The notes: generated by a model from the sequence alone, not told the origin. Shown: positions 37,073 to 50,174, counted from the whole stretch's first letter. The stretch is DNA of 63,830 nt, filler included, from Octopus bimaculoides (GCF_001194135.2; 7 parts of 7 records of this genome joined end to end with filler, not necessarily neighbours in it), one strand, 5' to 3'. Made by a program: numbers and translations.

Positions 37073-37290
37073 CTCTTTAACATTTAAACTGGTCTCATCC
37101 AGCCCAAAATATTCTACCTGCTTTATGTTCAAACTGACCAGAACCAGATCTAGCCTCTTGAACCTACCCATTCTAAAAATATGCAATTACAGTATTGAAA
37201 TTTCAAAGCAACAAGATAAACCATGGTTAACTCAAAAGAATGTAAATAAATAAGCATTACATTTGATTGAGTAATCTGAGTGCTAAAGGG
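37073..37290. mobile_element. piggyBac-like MITE
   Basis: Right end TGCTAAAGGG|TTAA; degenerate left end ctctttaacatt. Confidence 0.5.
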
Positions 37291-37798
37291 TTAAGAGTAT
37301 ATATATTTACACTGCATGCATGCATGTATGTATTTGTATGTATGTATGTATATATATGCACCTATACATACAGGTGGATGTCGGTATGCACATACCTGTA
37401 CATATATATGCATATACTCATTTACTTTTGTTTTTACATGATTGTACAAATAAGCAGAAACAAGAAAAAAGTATTCAAAATAGGTTAGTAGAGTTTATTT
37501 AGTAATTTGAGCTAGAAAAAAAAAGTTGTGTTGGTTGTTGCCATTTTTACTAACAACACACTTCGTTTATGTCCTAAACACCCAACAACTTGGACACTTG
37601 TGGTCAATAAAAGAAATCATTATTATTTTAGTTGGGTTTTTTTTAACACCTTCTTGAAAGGAACTAGAAAACATGCAAGAAACAGGGCAACTGTATATNN
37701 NNNNNNNNNNNNNNNNNNNNNNNNNNNNNNNNNNNNNNNNNNTTAATTAATTAANNNNNNNNNNNNNNNNNNNNNNNNNNNNNNNNNNNNNNNNNNNN

Positions 37799-37873
<75 letters not shown>

Positions 37874-38184
37874 CAGACATATATCTACGTGTGCAAAGAT
37901 ATGTTGTATGCTTTATATACAAAATTTTCATTCTTGTTCATGCATATTGAAACAAAAAGATTTTTAAATTGACAAACAAAGTAAAATTTAGAACAGTGGG
38001 ATAGCAAAAGTAAAACAAAAAATACAGTGTAAAAGTATATATTCTGTAAATAAAGTATATACATGTAAATAGAGTATATATATATATTTATATATATATA
38101 AGTATGTATGTACATATATGCATATATGTATATAATATTTTTCATGCAAAATATGTATTGATATGATATACTGTAGATCTAAAG

Positions 38185-38830
38185 TTGGCCATTTAGCAGA
38201 ACCATTTGAGCATCTGATTGTTTTGTGGTAATTATTCCAGTTTTCTAGAATCTGAGTTCATATACCACTGAGGTTAACTTTGCTTTTGAGTCTTTGGGGG
38301 GTGGGGTCAATGAAAAGTGTACCGGCTCTGTACTGGGGCTGGGAATGTTTTTTCTCTTTCTCTCCACTCTTTCCATTTTTCTGTATTTGTCTTTCTCCAT
38401 TCTAGAAAGAAATGGCTGTAGTTAGACCTGGAGGGGAATGTGTGGGCAGTGGTCAGGTCTAAAAGTGCCTGAGACACAGCATGTATCATGATAGCTCCCC
38501 TATGACTGCCAATGAGATGAGGGTGCAAGGCAAAGCAAAAAGTTCTAATAAGAAGCCAATGAATTTTGTGACATTGTGTGACTAGAACATTACTAATGAC
38601 TTCAGACATCATGTAGTATAGTACAGCTGCTCATCACTCTCTCTCTTAGCAATCTGGATATGACTAAAAAATTTCTTTGATATAGCCACGATGCCACAAA
38701 TTTTTGAGGAGAGCTAGACTTGGTTATATTCAACCCCAGTACTTGACTGCTACATTATTTTATTGACCCAAGAAGGAAAAGAATAACAAAGTGAACACCA
38801 ACAGTATTTGAACACAACATAAAAAGGATA
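38185..38830. mobile_element. Degenerate family-A SINEs (38185-38345 +, 38690-38830 -)
   Basis: Partial core matches. Confidence 0.6.
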
Positions 38831-40214
38831 TATAATTATTACCACAATGCATTTTGTCTGATGTTTTACTAAATCTATCAATCCACAGATTTTGAGTTAT
38901 GAATAATAATAATATAAACTATTTTTTTTTTTAATGTAAGTGTTAAAAATAAAAATAAAAAAAACATGCCCCACCCACCTTGCTTTTAATGCAACAATTA
39001 AAGAATAATACATAAGCAGTTTTATCAGCATTGTCTCTTTTATTCATATTTGTAGAANNNNNNNNNNNNNNNNNNNNNNNNNNNNNNNNNNNNNNNNNNN
39101 NNNNNNNNNNNNNNNNNNNNNNNNNNNNNNNNNNNNNNNNNNNNNNNNNNNNNNNNNNNNNNNNNNNNNNNNNNNNNNNNNNNNNNNNNNNNNNNNNNNN
39201 NNNNNNNNNNNNNNNNNNNNNNNNNNNNNNNNNNNNNNNNNNNNNNNNNNNNNNNNNNNNNNNNNNNNNNNNNNNNNNNNNNNNNNNNNNNNNNNNNNNN
39301 NNNNNNNNNNNNNNNNNNNNNNNNNNNNNNNNNNNNNNNNNNNNNNNNNNNNNNNNNNNNNNNNNNNNNNNNNNNNNNNNNNNNNNNNNNNNNNNNNNNN
39401 NNNNNNNNNNNNNNNNNNNNNNNNNNNNNNNNNNNNNNNNNNNNNNNNNNNNNNNNNNNNNNNNNNNNNNNNNNNNNNNNNNNNNNNNNNNNNNNNNNNN
39501 NNNNNNNNNNNNNNNNNNNNNNNNNNNNNNNNNNNNNNNNNNNNNNNNNNNNNNNNNNNNNNNNNNNNNNNNNNNNNNNNNNNNNNNNNNNNNNNNNNNN
39601 NNNNNNNNNNNNNNNNNNNNNNNNNNNNNNNNNNNNNNNNNNNNNNNNNNNNNNNNNNNNNNNNNNNNNNNAAATGCAATGATAGTTTTAATTATTTTTT
39701 TCAATATTGATTTCAATTTAATATGAAGGAGATAATGAAAAAAATGAATGAATCTATTTATTGAAATAAATGTATAAACATTTGTTTAATCCATTATTTG
39801 ATGGAATATTATTACAACTTTAAACAGATGGATGCATTATTTATTATATGATCAAAAGCGTAAATAAAGAAAACTCTTTGCAAAAATAAAATAGTAATAA
39901 AATTCAAAATGTATATGTATTTTGGTTAATGAGGAAAAAAAAAAAAGGACCTTTCTTTTACATCTTTTTTTTTTTTCAGAGCAAAAATGACACAAATATC
40001 TTTTTTTTTTCTTTTTAAGAAATAATAAAAGGAAATGAAAGGAATCCATATACAAACAAATATAACTAAAGATTTCATTATATTTTCTCATTGTCGTTGG
40101 TACATTTGAAAAAATTCAGCAATGGAAAATTGTTACCACCATCAATGTTATTTTTGATGATCCTTTATGGCAATCATAATAACTTGATATTATCTTATCA
40201 GAGTGATCTTGTGT

Positions 40215-40745
40215 AATAATTGTTTCTAACACACAACACAATGTCTGAAATTTGGAGGGAGGAAGAGTAGTCAATTACACTGACACCAGCACATAAATAG
40301 TATTTTATACATTTGACACTGGAGAGATGAAAGGCAAAGTGAACTTTAATGAGATTTGAACTCAGAACATAAAAACCCAGAAGGAAGGTATTTTCTCCAG
40401 TGCTTTAATGATTCAGCCAATCCTCTTGCCTTTTGATCTTGTGAAATAACATATCCAAGACTGTATCATACAGCCAGAGAATAGCTCAGCTATAATTAGT
40501 TACTCTCTCTCTCTCTCTCTTACACACACACGCATACACTCACTCAAGCTTAATATAAAGGACAGGCTGAAGGGTAAGTGAAGACCAGCTCCTAATGTTT
40601 CATAAATTATAAACGTTTCTTACACAGGCGCAAGGCCAGATATTTTTGGAGAGTGAGGACTTCATGGATTACAGTACTTACTTGACTGATACTTTATCTT
40701 ACAAAGTTGATTTCATCGGGATTTGAATTCAGAATATAAAGAACC
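40215..40745 (-). mobile_element. Two degenerate family-A SINEs (40215-40440, 40620-40745)
   Basis: gatgaaaggcaaagt...gatttgaactcagaac. Confidence 0.7.
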
Positions 40746-41279
40746 AGAAGAATTACTACAAGACTATTTTGTCTGATTCTCTTACTAAAGATTCTACCAG
40801 TTGACAGGCCATTTTTCAAAAAATTACTATAACAAAGAAGTGTATACTGCTCTTGCAATGAAACAGTGTGAGTGAAGAAAAGGACAGCATTTGTGAGACA
40901 AATGACACAAGTTTGAAAAAAGAAAAAAGTGTTTAAAAAGGCAAGGTCAGGGTGGGGTAATAAAGACAAAAAATAAATACCACAAAAAGAAAAAAATTAT
41001 GACACAGCTTTAAAAGCACTCGTTATATCAATGGGTAATAAAAACTGAAGACGACAAAGATTAACATTTTATTTTACATAATTACTCACAATTTATAAGA
41101 CTAACAGTACCAGCCCTCCCCTCTTACAGACTTTTTCCACCTAGAATTAAAAAAAACCATTCTAAATATATATGATATGAAAGTTGTTAGATATGTAGAT
41201 AATGCAATTAGAAAAGGTTGGTTATACAGTCATATTCCCACACATACATACACATGTACATATGTATATAAGTATGAAT

Positions 41280-41351
<72 letters not shown>

Positions 41352-41558
41352 AATACTTATGTATACATGTATTTGCACACTCTGTAACGTAGTTGGCACT
41401 AAAAAGGACGTCCAGCTCTAGAAATCATGTTAAAGCAGGCATTGGAGCTTAGCACAGCTTTCTAGCTTGTTGGTTCCTGTTGAACCATCCAACTCATGCC
41501 AGCATGAAAAAGGGATATTAAATGATAATGGTGATAACATATATATATATATATGATA

Positions 41559-42015
41559 GGCACAGGTACGGCTGTGTAGTTAGGAAGCTTGCTTCTCTAC
41601 CACATGGTTTCAGGTTCAGTCCCACTGCATAGCACCTTGGGAAAGTGTCTTCAACTATAGCCCCAGGCTGATAAAAGCTTTGGTAGTAGATATTGTTGAC
41701 AAAAGCTGAAAGAAGTTCATTGTGTGCATATGAATGAATGAATGAATGAATGAATGAAGGAATGTGTGTGTGTGTGAATGCATCCTCAGCTTGATATTAT
41801 GTGATACTTGTGAGTATTGTATCATACAAGTTGTGCCAACTGTTTTCAATCTTCCAGGAAAAAACGTGTGACCATGTCAAAATGTTACCTTGTTTGGAAA
41901 CAGGTGGCAATAGGAAGGGCATCCAGCCATAGAAAAAATCTACCTCAATGAATTCCACCAGAACTATGCAAGCATGAAGAATTGGACATTAAAATGATGA
42001 TGGTGGTGATGATGA
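41559..42015 (+). mobile_element. Family-B CORE SINE head with RTE-type tail
   Basis: Head ggcacaggtacggctgtgtagt...gcaccttgggaaagtgtc; tail ggaagggcatccagccatagaa...gcaagcatg...ggacattaaaatgatgat. Confidence 0.8.
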
Positions 42016-42408
42016 TACACACATGCATGCAAAATGAATATCCATTAATTAACAATATTGAATATATAGACAGGTACACTCATTCAGCTAGTTCATAATA
42101 CTGGCAAATTATTGAGCATCAGAAAATAGGGACTCACTGATAATGATATTGAAAGAAAACTATAAAAGTATACACACATACACACACATGTAACATAACA
42201 ATTTGACGACAGCTTAGCTGGTTAAACTTTGAAGTGACTGTCAACAACAATCTTGTTTCAGAATGATAATTTTGTACTCAACAAAAGTATAGAATAACCC
42301 ATGAGATTAATCTAAAATTGTCTTTATTATAACTGAACATAAAAAAAAAATATTAAGATATATATATATATATATGGGAGGTCATCCAGCAGCAGAAACC
42401 ATGCCAAG

Positions 42409-42639
42409 GGTGGCGAGCTGGCAGAAACGTTAGCACGCGGGGCGAAATGCTTAGCGGTATTCCCTGTCTTTACATTCTGAGTTCAAATTTCGCCGAGGTC
42501 GACTTAGCCTTTCATCCTTTCGGGGGTCGATTAAATAAGTACCAGTTATGCACTGGAGTCAATGTAATCAACTTAATCCCTTTGTCTGTCCTTGTTTGTT
42601 CCCCCCTGTGTGTAGCCCCTTGTGGGCAGTAAAGAAATA
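42409..42639 (+). mobile_element. Family-A SINE with Tx1-like 3' tail, inserted into an RTE-tail repeat
   Basis: Well-preserved head and core; imperfect 14-bp TSD agaaaccatgccaa / agaaacaatgctaa; tail agccccttgtgggcagtaaagaaa. Confidence 0.85.
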
Positions 42640-42750
42640 AGAAACAATGCTAAAGCAGACATTGGAGTTTGGCACAGTTCTCTGGCTTGCCTGTCTCTGT
42701 CAATTTTTCAACCCATGCCAGCATGGAAAAGTGGATGATGATGATGATGA

Positions 42751-42803
<53 letters not shown>

Positions 42804-43124
42804 GATATGTATAATAACTCTCATACTACAGGATATAGAATTAACAACCTCATGATAGGAGAATGGTAGTCTGTAGAATGAGGGAAGACAGTGATATAAG
42901 TGTAAAGGTATAACAAAAAAAAAAAAAACTCTTCTATAATAAAACATTTTAGAAGCATAAGAATGAACAGAATAGCAATCTGCATAGCCAGAGATCTGAA
43001 ATAGAAAATATATATATAATACTCAAGAAGTTCTGGCATTGGTGTGGGGGGGAGGAGAACTGTAAAGTATAATTCTTGTAGGGAGCATCCATAACGCAAT
43101 AGAGAGGGACATGACTGTGAGATT

Positions 43125-43310
43125 ACAAAACTTGCTGTGCAACCAGGTGGTTCCAGGTTCAATCTCACTGTTCAACACCTTGGGCAAGTATTTTCTACTA
43201 TAGCCTTAGACTGACCAATGCTTTGAGTGGATTTGGTAGATGGAAACTCTGAGGAAGCTAATCATATATATATATGTATGTATGTATGTATGCATGGATG
43301 GATGGATGTG

Positions 43311-43346
<36 letters not shown>

Positions 43347-43545
43347 TGTGTGTGTGTGTGTTTGTGTTTGTCCCACACCGTAACTTAACAAGCAGTGTTG
43401 GTATGTTTACATCCTTGTCATTTAACGGTTCGGCAAAAGAGAACAACAGAATGAATACCAGACTTGAAAAAATAAGTACTGTGGACAAAACTCCTCAAGG
43501 TGGTACCGCAACATCACTGTCATACAATGACTGAAACAAGTAAAA
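43125..43545 (+). mobile_element. Family-B CORE SINE with internal microsatellites
   Basis: caccttgggcaagtattttctactatagcc; tail catgactgaaacaagtaaaaga. Confidence 0.8.
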
Positions 43546-43619
43546 GATAGAAAATGTAATCTAAAATATTGGACAAATTAGAAGAATGATTTATAATAAT
43601 ACTAATTGATTGTTTTTAA

Positions 43620-43830
43620 TTTAGGTATAAGGCCAGCAATTTTGAAGTGTCAGAGTTAATCCATACCACCAACACTTCCCCAACCCCAAATTTAACTTGT
43701 ACTTTACTTTACTGATCCCAGAAGTATGAAAGACAAAGCTGAGTTCGGCAGGATTTGAACTCAGAATTTAAAGAGCAAGAAGAAATACCACAAAGCATTT
43801 TAACTAATCCTCTAATAATTCCGCCAATCC
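43620..43830 (-). mobile_element. Family-A SINE, degenerate
   Basis: Reverse-complement core. Confidence 0.7.
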
Positions 43831-43855
43831 ACCATTTTTACTCCCCCTTCTCTTC

Positions 43856-43977
<122 letters not shown>

Positions 43978-45320
43978 CTGAAAGTTGTTGACAATGAATA
44001 GAATGCACCACCCTAAGGTAGATGTGGAACAACTTTATTTGCCAAGAAAAGAGGATGGCTATTAAATCTTACAACTTGAATAGTCACTGAAAACATTTAT
44101 TTGAAAAACTCTGATGACTAGATGCTAAAACTTATCTTAAAGCATGGAAACAAGAAAATCTCATATTCAGTAACAAAAGAGGCAAGGAAATATCTAAGTG
44201 AATTCCAAATACAGCAAGTTCCAGAATTAGATGAACTGGGAACAAGCACAGAAAAAGCTAAATGCATGAAAACCCTTGTTACAAATGCTGCCTTGAATAT
44301 TCTCACTGATAAATGGAAAGATAAACCACTCAATGGCCAATACCCAAAGAGAGCTTACAATGTTGATGTTGATAAAACTCTTGCCCATCAATGATCAGTG
44401 TTTTCTGGCTTAGAATTAGAAACAGAAAGGTTTATCATAGCAACCCAGGATCAATACCTACCTGCAAGAAGCTACCAAGGCAACATCTTAAAGAGCAGCA
44501 GTAGCCCAACATGTCATGTATGTAAACAGCAGACTGAAACCATTGATCATATTCTCTCCATGTGCAGCCTTCTTGTACCCTCACAGAGTATCTCAAAAGG
44601 CATGAGAATGGCACCACAGTATATTCACTGGGTAACTTGCAAGGATCATGATAAAAAATAATAGTAACACAAACCACCCGCAAAGCTTGAAAATGATAAA
44701 ATCTTATTATGGAACTTTTCTGTTCAAACTGACAAAATGGTAGATGCAAGTTCACCTGACATTATATTGAAGGATTTCAGACAAAAATTATGCCTGCTCA
44801 TTGATATAAATCTGTCAAGACCTACCAAAAATTTGAGCAAATATAAAGATCTTTGAAATAGAAATTGGCAAAATGTGGAAACTCAAGACTAGAACAATAC
44901 CTGTTGCCATTGGTGACCTCAGAATGATACCAAAAGGGACTGATTGTTTCCTTTCTCAGATTCCAGTAAATTAAAAAATAGAAGAAATGAAAAAAAATAG
45001 TGCCCAGGGGAACTGCTCATATCCTACGAAAAAATACTATGTAGTTTCAAAAACATTTTAATCTGTAAACATTATCAAAAGTAATTTTAAATGTACATAA
45101 TAGCAAACACCTTTTACTGTCATTTTAAGATCACACTATCATCTTATCACCAAACTACTTTTAAGAACTTTTAGTTTTCTCTAGAACAATACTTTGTCCA
45201 AATCCAAAAACATGGCACAACAACCCTAGTCACAACACTGACTTGAACTTGTATCTTGAGGTCTCTGGATGAGACTTGGAACCAACATGTGTAACGACAA
45301 AACAAAATCATAAAATAATA
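43978..45320 (+). mobile_element. R4/Dong-like LINE 3' portion (post-RT, CCHC, RLE, 3' UTR)
   Basis: MHHPKVDVEQLYLPRK; LETERFIIATQDQ; CHVCKQQTETIDHILSMC (CCHC); PDIILKDFRQKLCLLID; GTAHILRK. Confidence 0.9.
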
Positions 45321-45369
45321 ATTATATATTTATTATATTATTATAAAAATATAATAAAATAATAACCCT

Positions 45370-45565
45370 TTCTACTATATGTACAAGGCCTGAAATTTTG
45401 GGAAATTACATCAACCCCAGTGCTTGACTGGTACTTTTCTCATCGACCCTGAAATGATGAAATGCAAAGTCAACCTCAGCAGAATTTGATCTCAGAATAT
45501 AAAAACAGACAAAATACCACCAAGCAGTGCAGCCGACGTGCAAACAATTCTGTCAGCTCGTTGCC

Positions 45566-45597
<32 letters not shown>

Positions 45598-45812
45598 CCT
45601 TTCTATTATAGGCACAAGGCCTGAAGATTTGGGGGAGGGGACTAGGTGACTACATCGACCCCAGAATTTTACTGGTACTTAATTTATTGACCCTGAAAAA
45701 ATGAAAGGCAAACTCATCCCCAGTGGAATTTGAACTCAGAATGTAGCAATGGGTGAAATACTGCTAAGCATTTTGCCTGGCATGCTAATGATTCTGCCAG
45801 CTCGCGCCACCT
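45370..45812 (-). mobile_element. Two family-A SINEs flanked by (TAA)n
   Basis: Reverse-complement head and core. Confidence 0.88.
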
Positions 45813-45823
45813 TTCATATAATC

Positions 45824-45860
<37 letters not shown>

Positions 45861-46024
45861 TTTCAAATTTTGGNNNNNNNNNNNNNNNNNNNNNNNNNNN
45901 NNNNNNNNNNNNNNNNNTTAATTAATTAANNNNNNNNNNNNNNNNNNNNNNNNNNNNNNNNNNNNNNNNNNNNTATATATATTTATATATATACATATGT
46001 ATTATGTATGTATGTATATGTATG

Positions 46025-46064
<40 letters not shown>

Positions 46065-46099
46065 CATGTATGTATGTATATATAAAATGAATGCGTGCA

Positions 46100-46610
46100 G
46101 CAATGTCAGCTTGATCATTGTCTTTCTGATGTTTCCCAAATGCGATTTAAAGAGATAACAGCAGATTTTGTTGTTGCAGTTCTTTATTTTCTCCCTTTGC
46201 TATCATATTAATTTATAATAAAACTTCCTGCAAAGCAATCTCTCATTCATGACTTGACAGTTCGATTATCAATTATCGCACAATTACTTAAGAAATCAAT
46301 ATTTATAGGGAAAAAAAATCAATCATTATACGTGTATCCTGATCCTGAGATAATGAATAAACAATATTCGTCACCTTTTTTCTTATGCGTTCTTTATCGA
46401 AATCCTCAAGTTTACCAACAATAAGGAGAGTATCTTTGGCGTATCTGATACTGGCAACCATTTTTACACCGATTTTAACTGTACTTTCATCAGCTTCTAA
46501 AGCTTTCATCTTTATGCTTTCTACATAGATGGCAAGAGAAAACTGATAAGAGAAAAGATATAGATCCTTGTGGTATCCCTTTTGATCAATTGCAAACCAT
46601 TCTGACAAAC
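46100..46610 (-). mobile_element. RTE (BovB-like) RT fragment
   Basis: VKIGVKMVASIRYAKDTLLI, a degenerate YADD motif in the usual RTE context. Confidence 0.6.
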
Positions 46611-46659
46611 TGAAGTTTTAATATTTATTGTTGGCCAATTTTAATCCTTCTATAAAATC

Positions 46660-47010
46660 TTCTATCTTTGATCTTTTACTTATTTCAGTCATTAGACTGC
46701 AGCCATGCTGGGGCACTGCCTTGAAGAATTTTTAGTTGAATAAATTGACTCCAGTAATTATTTTTTTCTTTTTAGTCTGGTACTTATTCTATCAATCTCT
46801 CTTGCTAAACACACATACACACACACATACACACATATGTATGTATATATACAATAGAGATCTTTCAGTTTCCATCTACCAAATCCATTCATAAAACTTT
46901 GGTCAACCCAAGGCTATAGTAGAAGGCACATGCTAAAGTGCCACACAGTGTGACTGAATGCAGAATCATGTTCTTACCAATCTTCTAACCACACTACCAC
47001 ACCTGCACCT
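46660..47010 (-). mobile_element. Family-B CORE SINE, degenerate
   Basis: tttcagtcattagactgcagccatgctggggcactgcc...accaaatccattc. Confidence 0.8.
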
Positions 47011-47382
47011 ATAAAATGTTCAGAGAACTTCATTTCTGCAACTTCTAATCATAATTTATTGTGAAGAACAGAATCAAAAGCTATTTGATAATGAATAAAA
47101 GCAATAAATAATTTTTCCTTACACTGTTTAGCTTTCTAAATAAACATCCTTCATTTTATTCTTTTTCCATTCCATTTCAAAAACCAACTTGTCCCTCTGA
47201 AATTTATGTTTCACATTTAACATTAAGTGATTGGAGTAGCTGGCTCAGTCATGAGGTTGCGAGTCCAATTCCTAGAGCCTCAGGCTATACTTGTTTTAAA
47301 TCTCTGAGTGAGAGATATACAGTAAGAGTACCAAATCGTAATCTTTATATGCCAACATAATGTGGCAGTCCTGTAAAGGATG

Positions 47383-47488
47383 ATGTTACTGTTGTTTTAG
47401 CCTCAGGAAAAATCTTTTCCAGCTGGCTATCAACACACAGTTTGTGTCCATATATAATATTTTCCTGGGGCTAAAACAACAGTAACAT
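47383..47488. repeat. Short inverted repeat, 29-bp arms with 1 mismatch
   Basis: atgttactgttgttttagcctcaggaaaa ... ttttcctggggctaaaacaacagtaacat. Confidence 0.9.
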
Positions 47489-47491
47489 TGT

Positions 47492-47542
<51 letters not shown>

Positions 47543-47544
<2 letters not shown>

Positions 47545-47774
47545 CACCTATCTGGAGTGAATGTAGGTGTTTTCAAAACAAAACTAGTCCACCTTCTGTC
47601 AAGAGTTCCAAATGAACTTTACCTCACAACAAGAAACACAGATGAGGGCAGCAACGTCAAACTCCCACATCCGCCAAATGTCACATATTAGAGGAGGTTT
47701 AGTGGAAGTGTAGCAAAGCTAATGGCAGTGCCTCAGTATGGCCACAGCTCTTGAACTGAAACTAGTAAAGAATA
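47543..47774 (+). mobile_element. CR1-like LINE extreme 3' end
   Basis: VFKTKLVHLLSRVPNE resembles the FKxxLDxFLxxVPDEP C-terminus; followed by ggcagtgcctcagtatggccacag...ctgaaactagtaaaga. Confidence 0.65.
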
Positions 47775-47776
47775 TA

Positions 47777-47808
<32 letters not shown>

Positions 47809-48729
47809 CATAGCAATAAGAAAATGGAGGAGAATATGCAGTATCCATCGACTTGCAGACAGTGTATTCCATTGATTAATTTGTTTATTTTATAACTAAA
47901 ATGACAAAAACCACAATATACAGATGCTTATGACATACCATGTCATATTAACAATTAAGGTTACAAATATAAATATAAAGTACATTTAGCAATTGGAGAA
48001 TATACAGGAACTTACAGCTGTTTCGGCCTAGCGTTGGCATGCCCCATTCTATCTCTATAGCTCCTGTGCGCTGGAGTAATTAGCAGATGAAAATGATGTA
48101 ATGGCGGTACATGCATGATTCACTAGGCCTATTGCACTTGGTATAACACTAGTGTAACAATAATTGTGTACCCTCCCAGCAGTATATTCGATAGATACTA
48201 TCCCTTAGTGGGTTGAATCCTCAACCCCTAACTCTCTTGCACTATATATATATATATATATATATAATTTACAATATATGGATTGAAGTAAACCAGTGGT
48301 ACTAATTTAAAAGCCCCTTAATGTATCAGTCAACAAAACATATAGAATATACAGTATAATACAAGAAAAAATGATAAGGAGTGTATAAAGTCACAAACGA
48401 CAAATACTTTGATGAAATTTGATTTAACAATAAGAAAATTCTAATTTCACGACTAATTATTTTGTAACTTAAAAACATGTAAATTATTTATAATATATTT
48501 AATAATGAATAAATTACTTACATGCCTGCATTAATGCAAAATGCAAAATATCCTTCGAAATAATGCCTAATTTAATCCACATCCTTAGGTGAAAGAAAGT
48601 CTTTGTTAAATAATAAATTCTTGACATACCATTTTTATAGGAATACAAAGTCAAAACTTTAAAATATTATGGAAGACAATAATAAAATTGATATAAATTA
48701 ATAAAAAGATTTTCTAATAAATGGAATGG

Positions 48730-48895
48730 AATATATATCTGTGTGTGTGTGTAATGGGCTGTTGTTTCCATTCCACCAAATCCACTCACAAGGCATTGAT
48801 TGGCATAAGGCTATTAAGTGAAGACACTTGCCATACAGTGGGACTGAACCTGAGACCGTATGGTTGGGAAACAAACTTCTTAATGCATAGCTGCT
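48730..48895 (-). mobile_element. Family-B SINE head and CORE
   Basis: accaaatccactcacaagg...agacacttgcc...cagtgggactgaacc. Confidence 0.8.
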
Positions 48896-49584
48896 TCTAA
48901 TTTTCCTTCCATGGAATGAAAAATGACTTAGTCTAGTCATTTGGTCATAAATTTCATTTAAGACATTCAAGTTCTATATAGAGCACAGATACAGTAACAA
49001 TTTCACTGAGGTTCCTTCAAGAATCTTACTAAGATCAGCTGTTATATCATCTGTCCCAAAATGTTTTTTGTTATTTTCCAGACTCTTTATTAATTGTTTA
49101 TATTTTTTATATTTTTACATCAGACATTAATAGTGGTGAGATTCTACATCTGTAACAAGATTGTCACTTTGATCATTTCATTCACTTTGTTTAATTAATA
49201 TCTGTTGTTTTCTTGTGTAAGCAGCTATGACAGCATTATTTTCATCTTTCTGTTTTATCTTTCTCTTCATAAAGCTTATAGCTATCTTCGTCTTTGATAC
49301 ACCATTTCCTATTGTGAGTTTTCTTGCTATTAGCATCACTGACTTGTAAAAGCCTTTTGCCGTGTATGATAAATCTATGAATGCATCATCCTATCTATCA
49401 ATCTAATTATCATCTAATTATCATCTAATTATCAATCTAATTATCATCCCAATCTGTGTAGGTATGTATCTGTCTGTCTGTCTGTCTATCCATCCATCCA
49501 GTCAGCCAGCCAGCAACTGTAGGTATCTCTCTCTCTTTCTGCATATAGGTTTTGATATATATATATATATCATCACATCATCAT

Positions 49585-50080
49585 CATCATTTTACATCTG
49601 CTTTCCATGCTGGCATGGGTTGGACGGTTTGACTGAGGACTGGTGAGCCAGATGGCTGCATCAGGCTCAATCTGATCTGAAAGAGTTTCTACAGCTGGAG
49701 GCCCTTCCTAATACCAACCACTCCAAGAGTGTAGTGGGTGCTTTTATGTGCCACCAGCATGAGGGCCAGTCAGGTGGTTCTGGCAATGACCACGCTCAAA
49801 AGGTGTTTTTACATACTACCTGCACGGGAGCCAGTCCAGCGCACTGGCAATGACCACACTCGAATGTTGTTTTTCACCTGCCATCAGCACATGTGCCAGT
49901 AAAGTGATGCTGGCAACGATCATGCTTGAATGGTCACTGGCATGGGGGCTAATCCATGGCCCTGGCAATGATCACGCTTAGATGTGCTTTTAATGTTCCA
50001 CTGGCATGAGTGCCAATCAGGTAGTACTGTCATCAGCCATGTCAGCAATTTTGATTTGTTTACACTTGCCTCAATAGGTC
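49585..50080 (-). mobile_element. RTE LINE 3' UTR fragment with internal repeats
   Basis: Matches 57256-57480; the ggcaa(t/c)ga(c/t)ca motif occurs four times. Confidence 0.8.
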
Positions 50081-50088
50081 TTTGCAAG

Positions 50089-50174
<86 letters not shown>

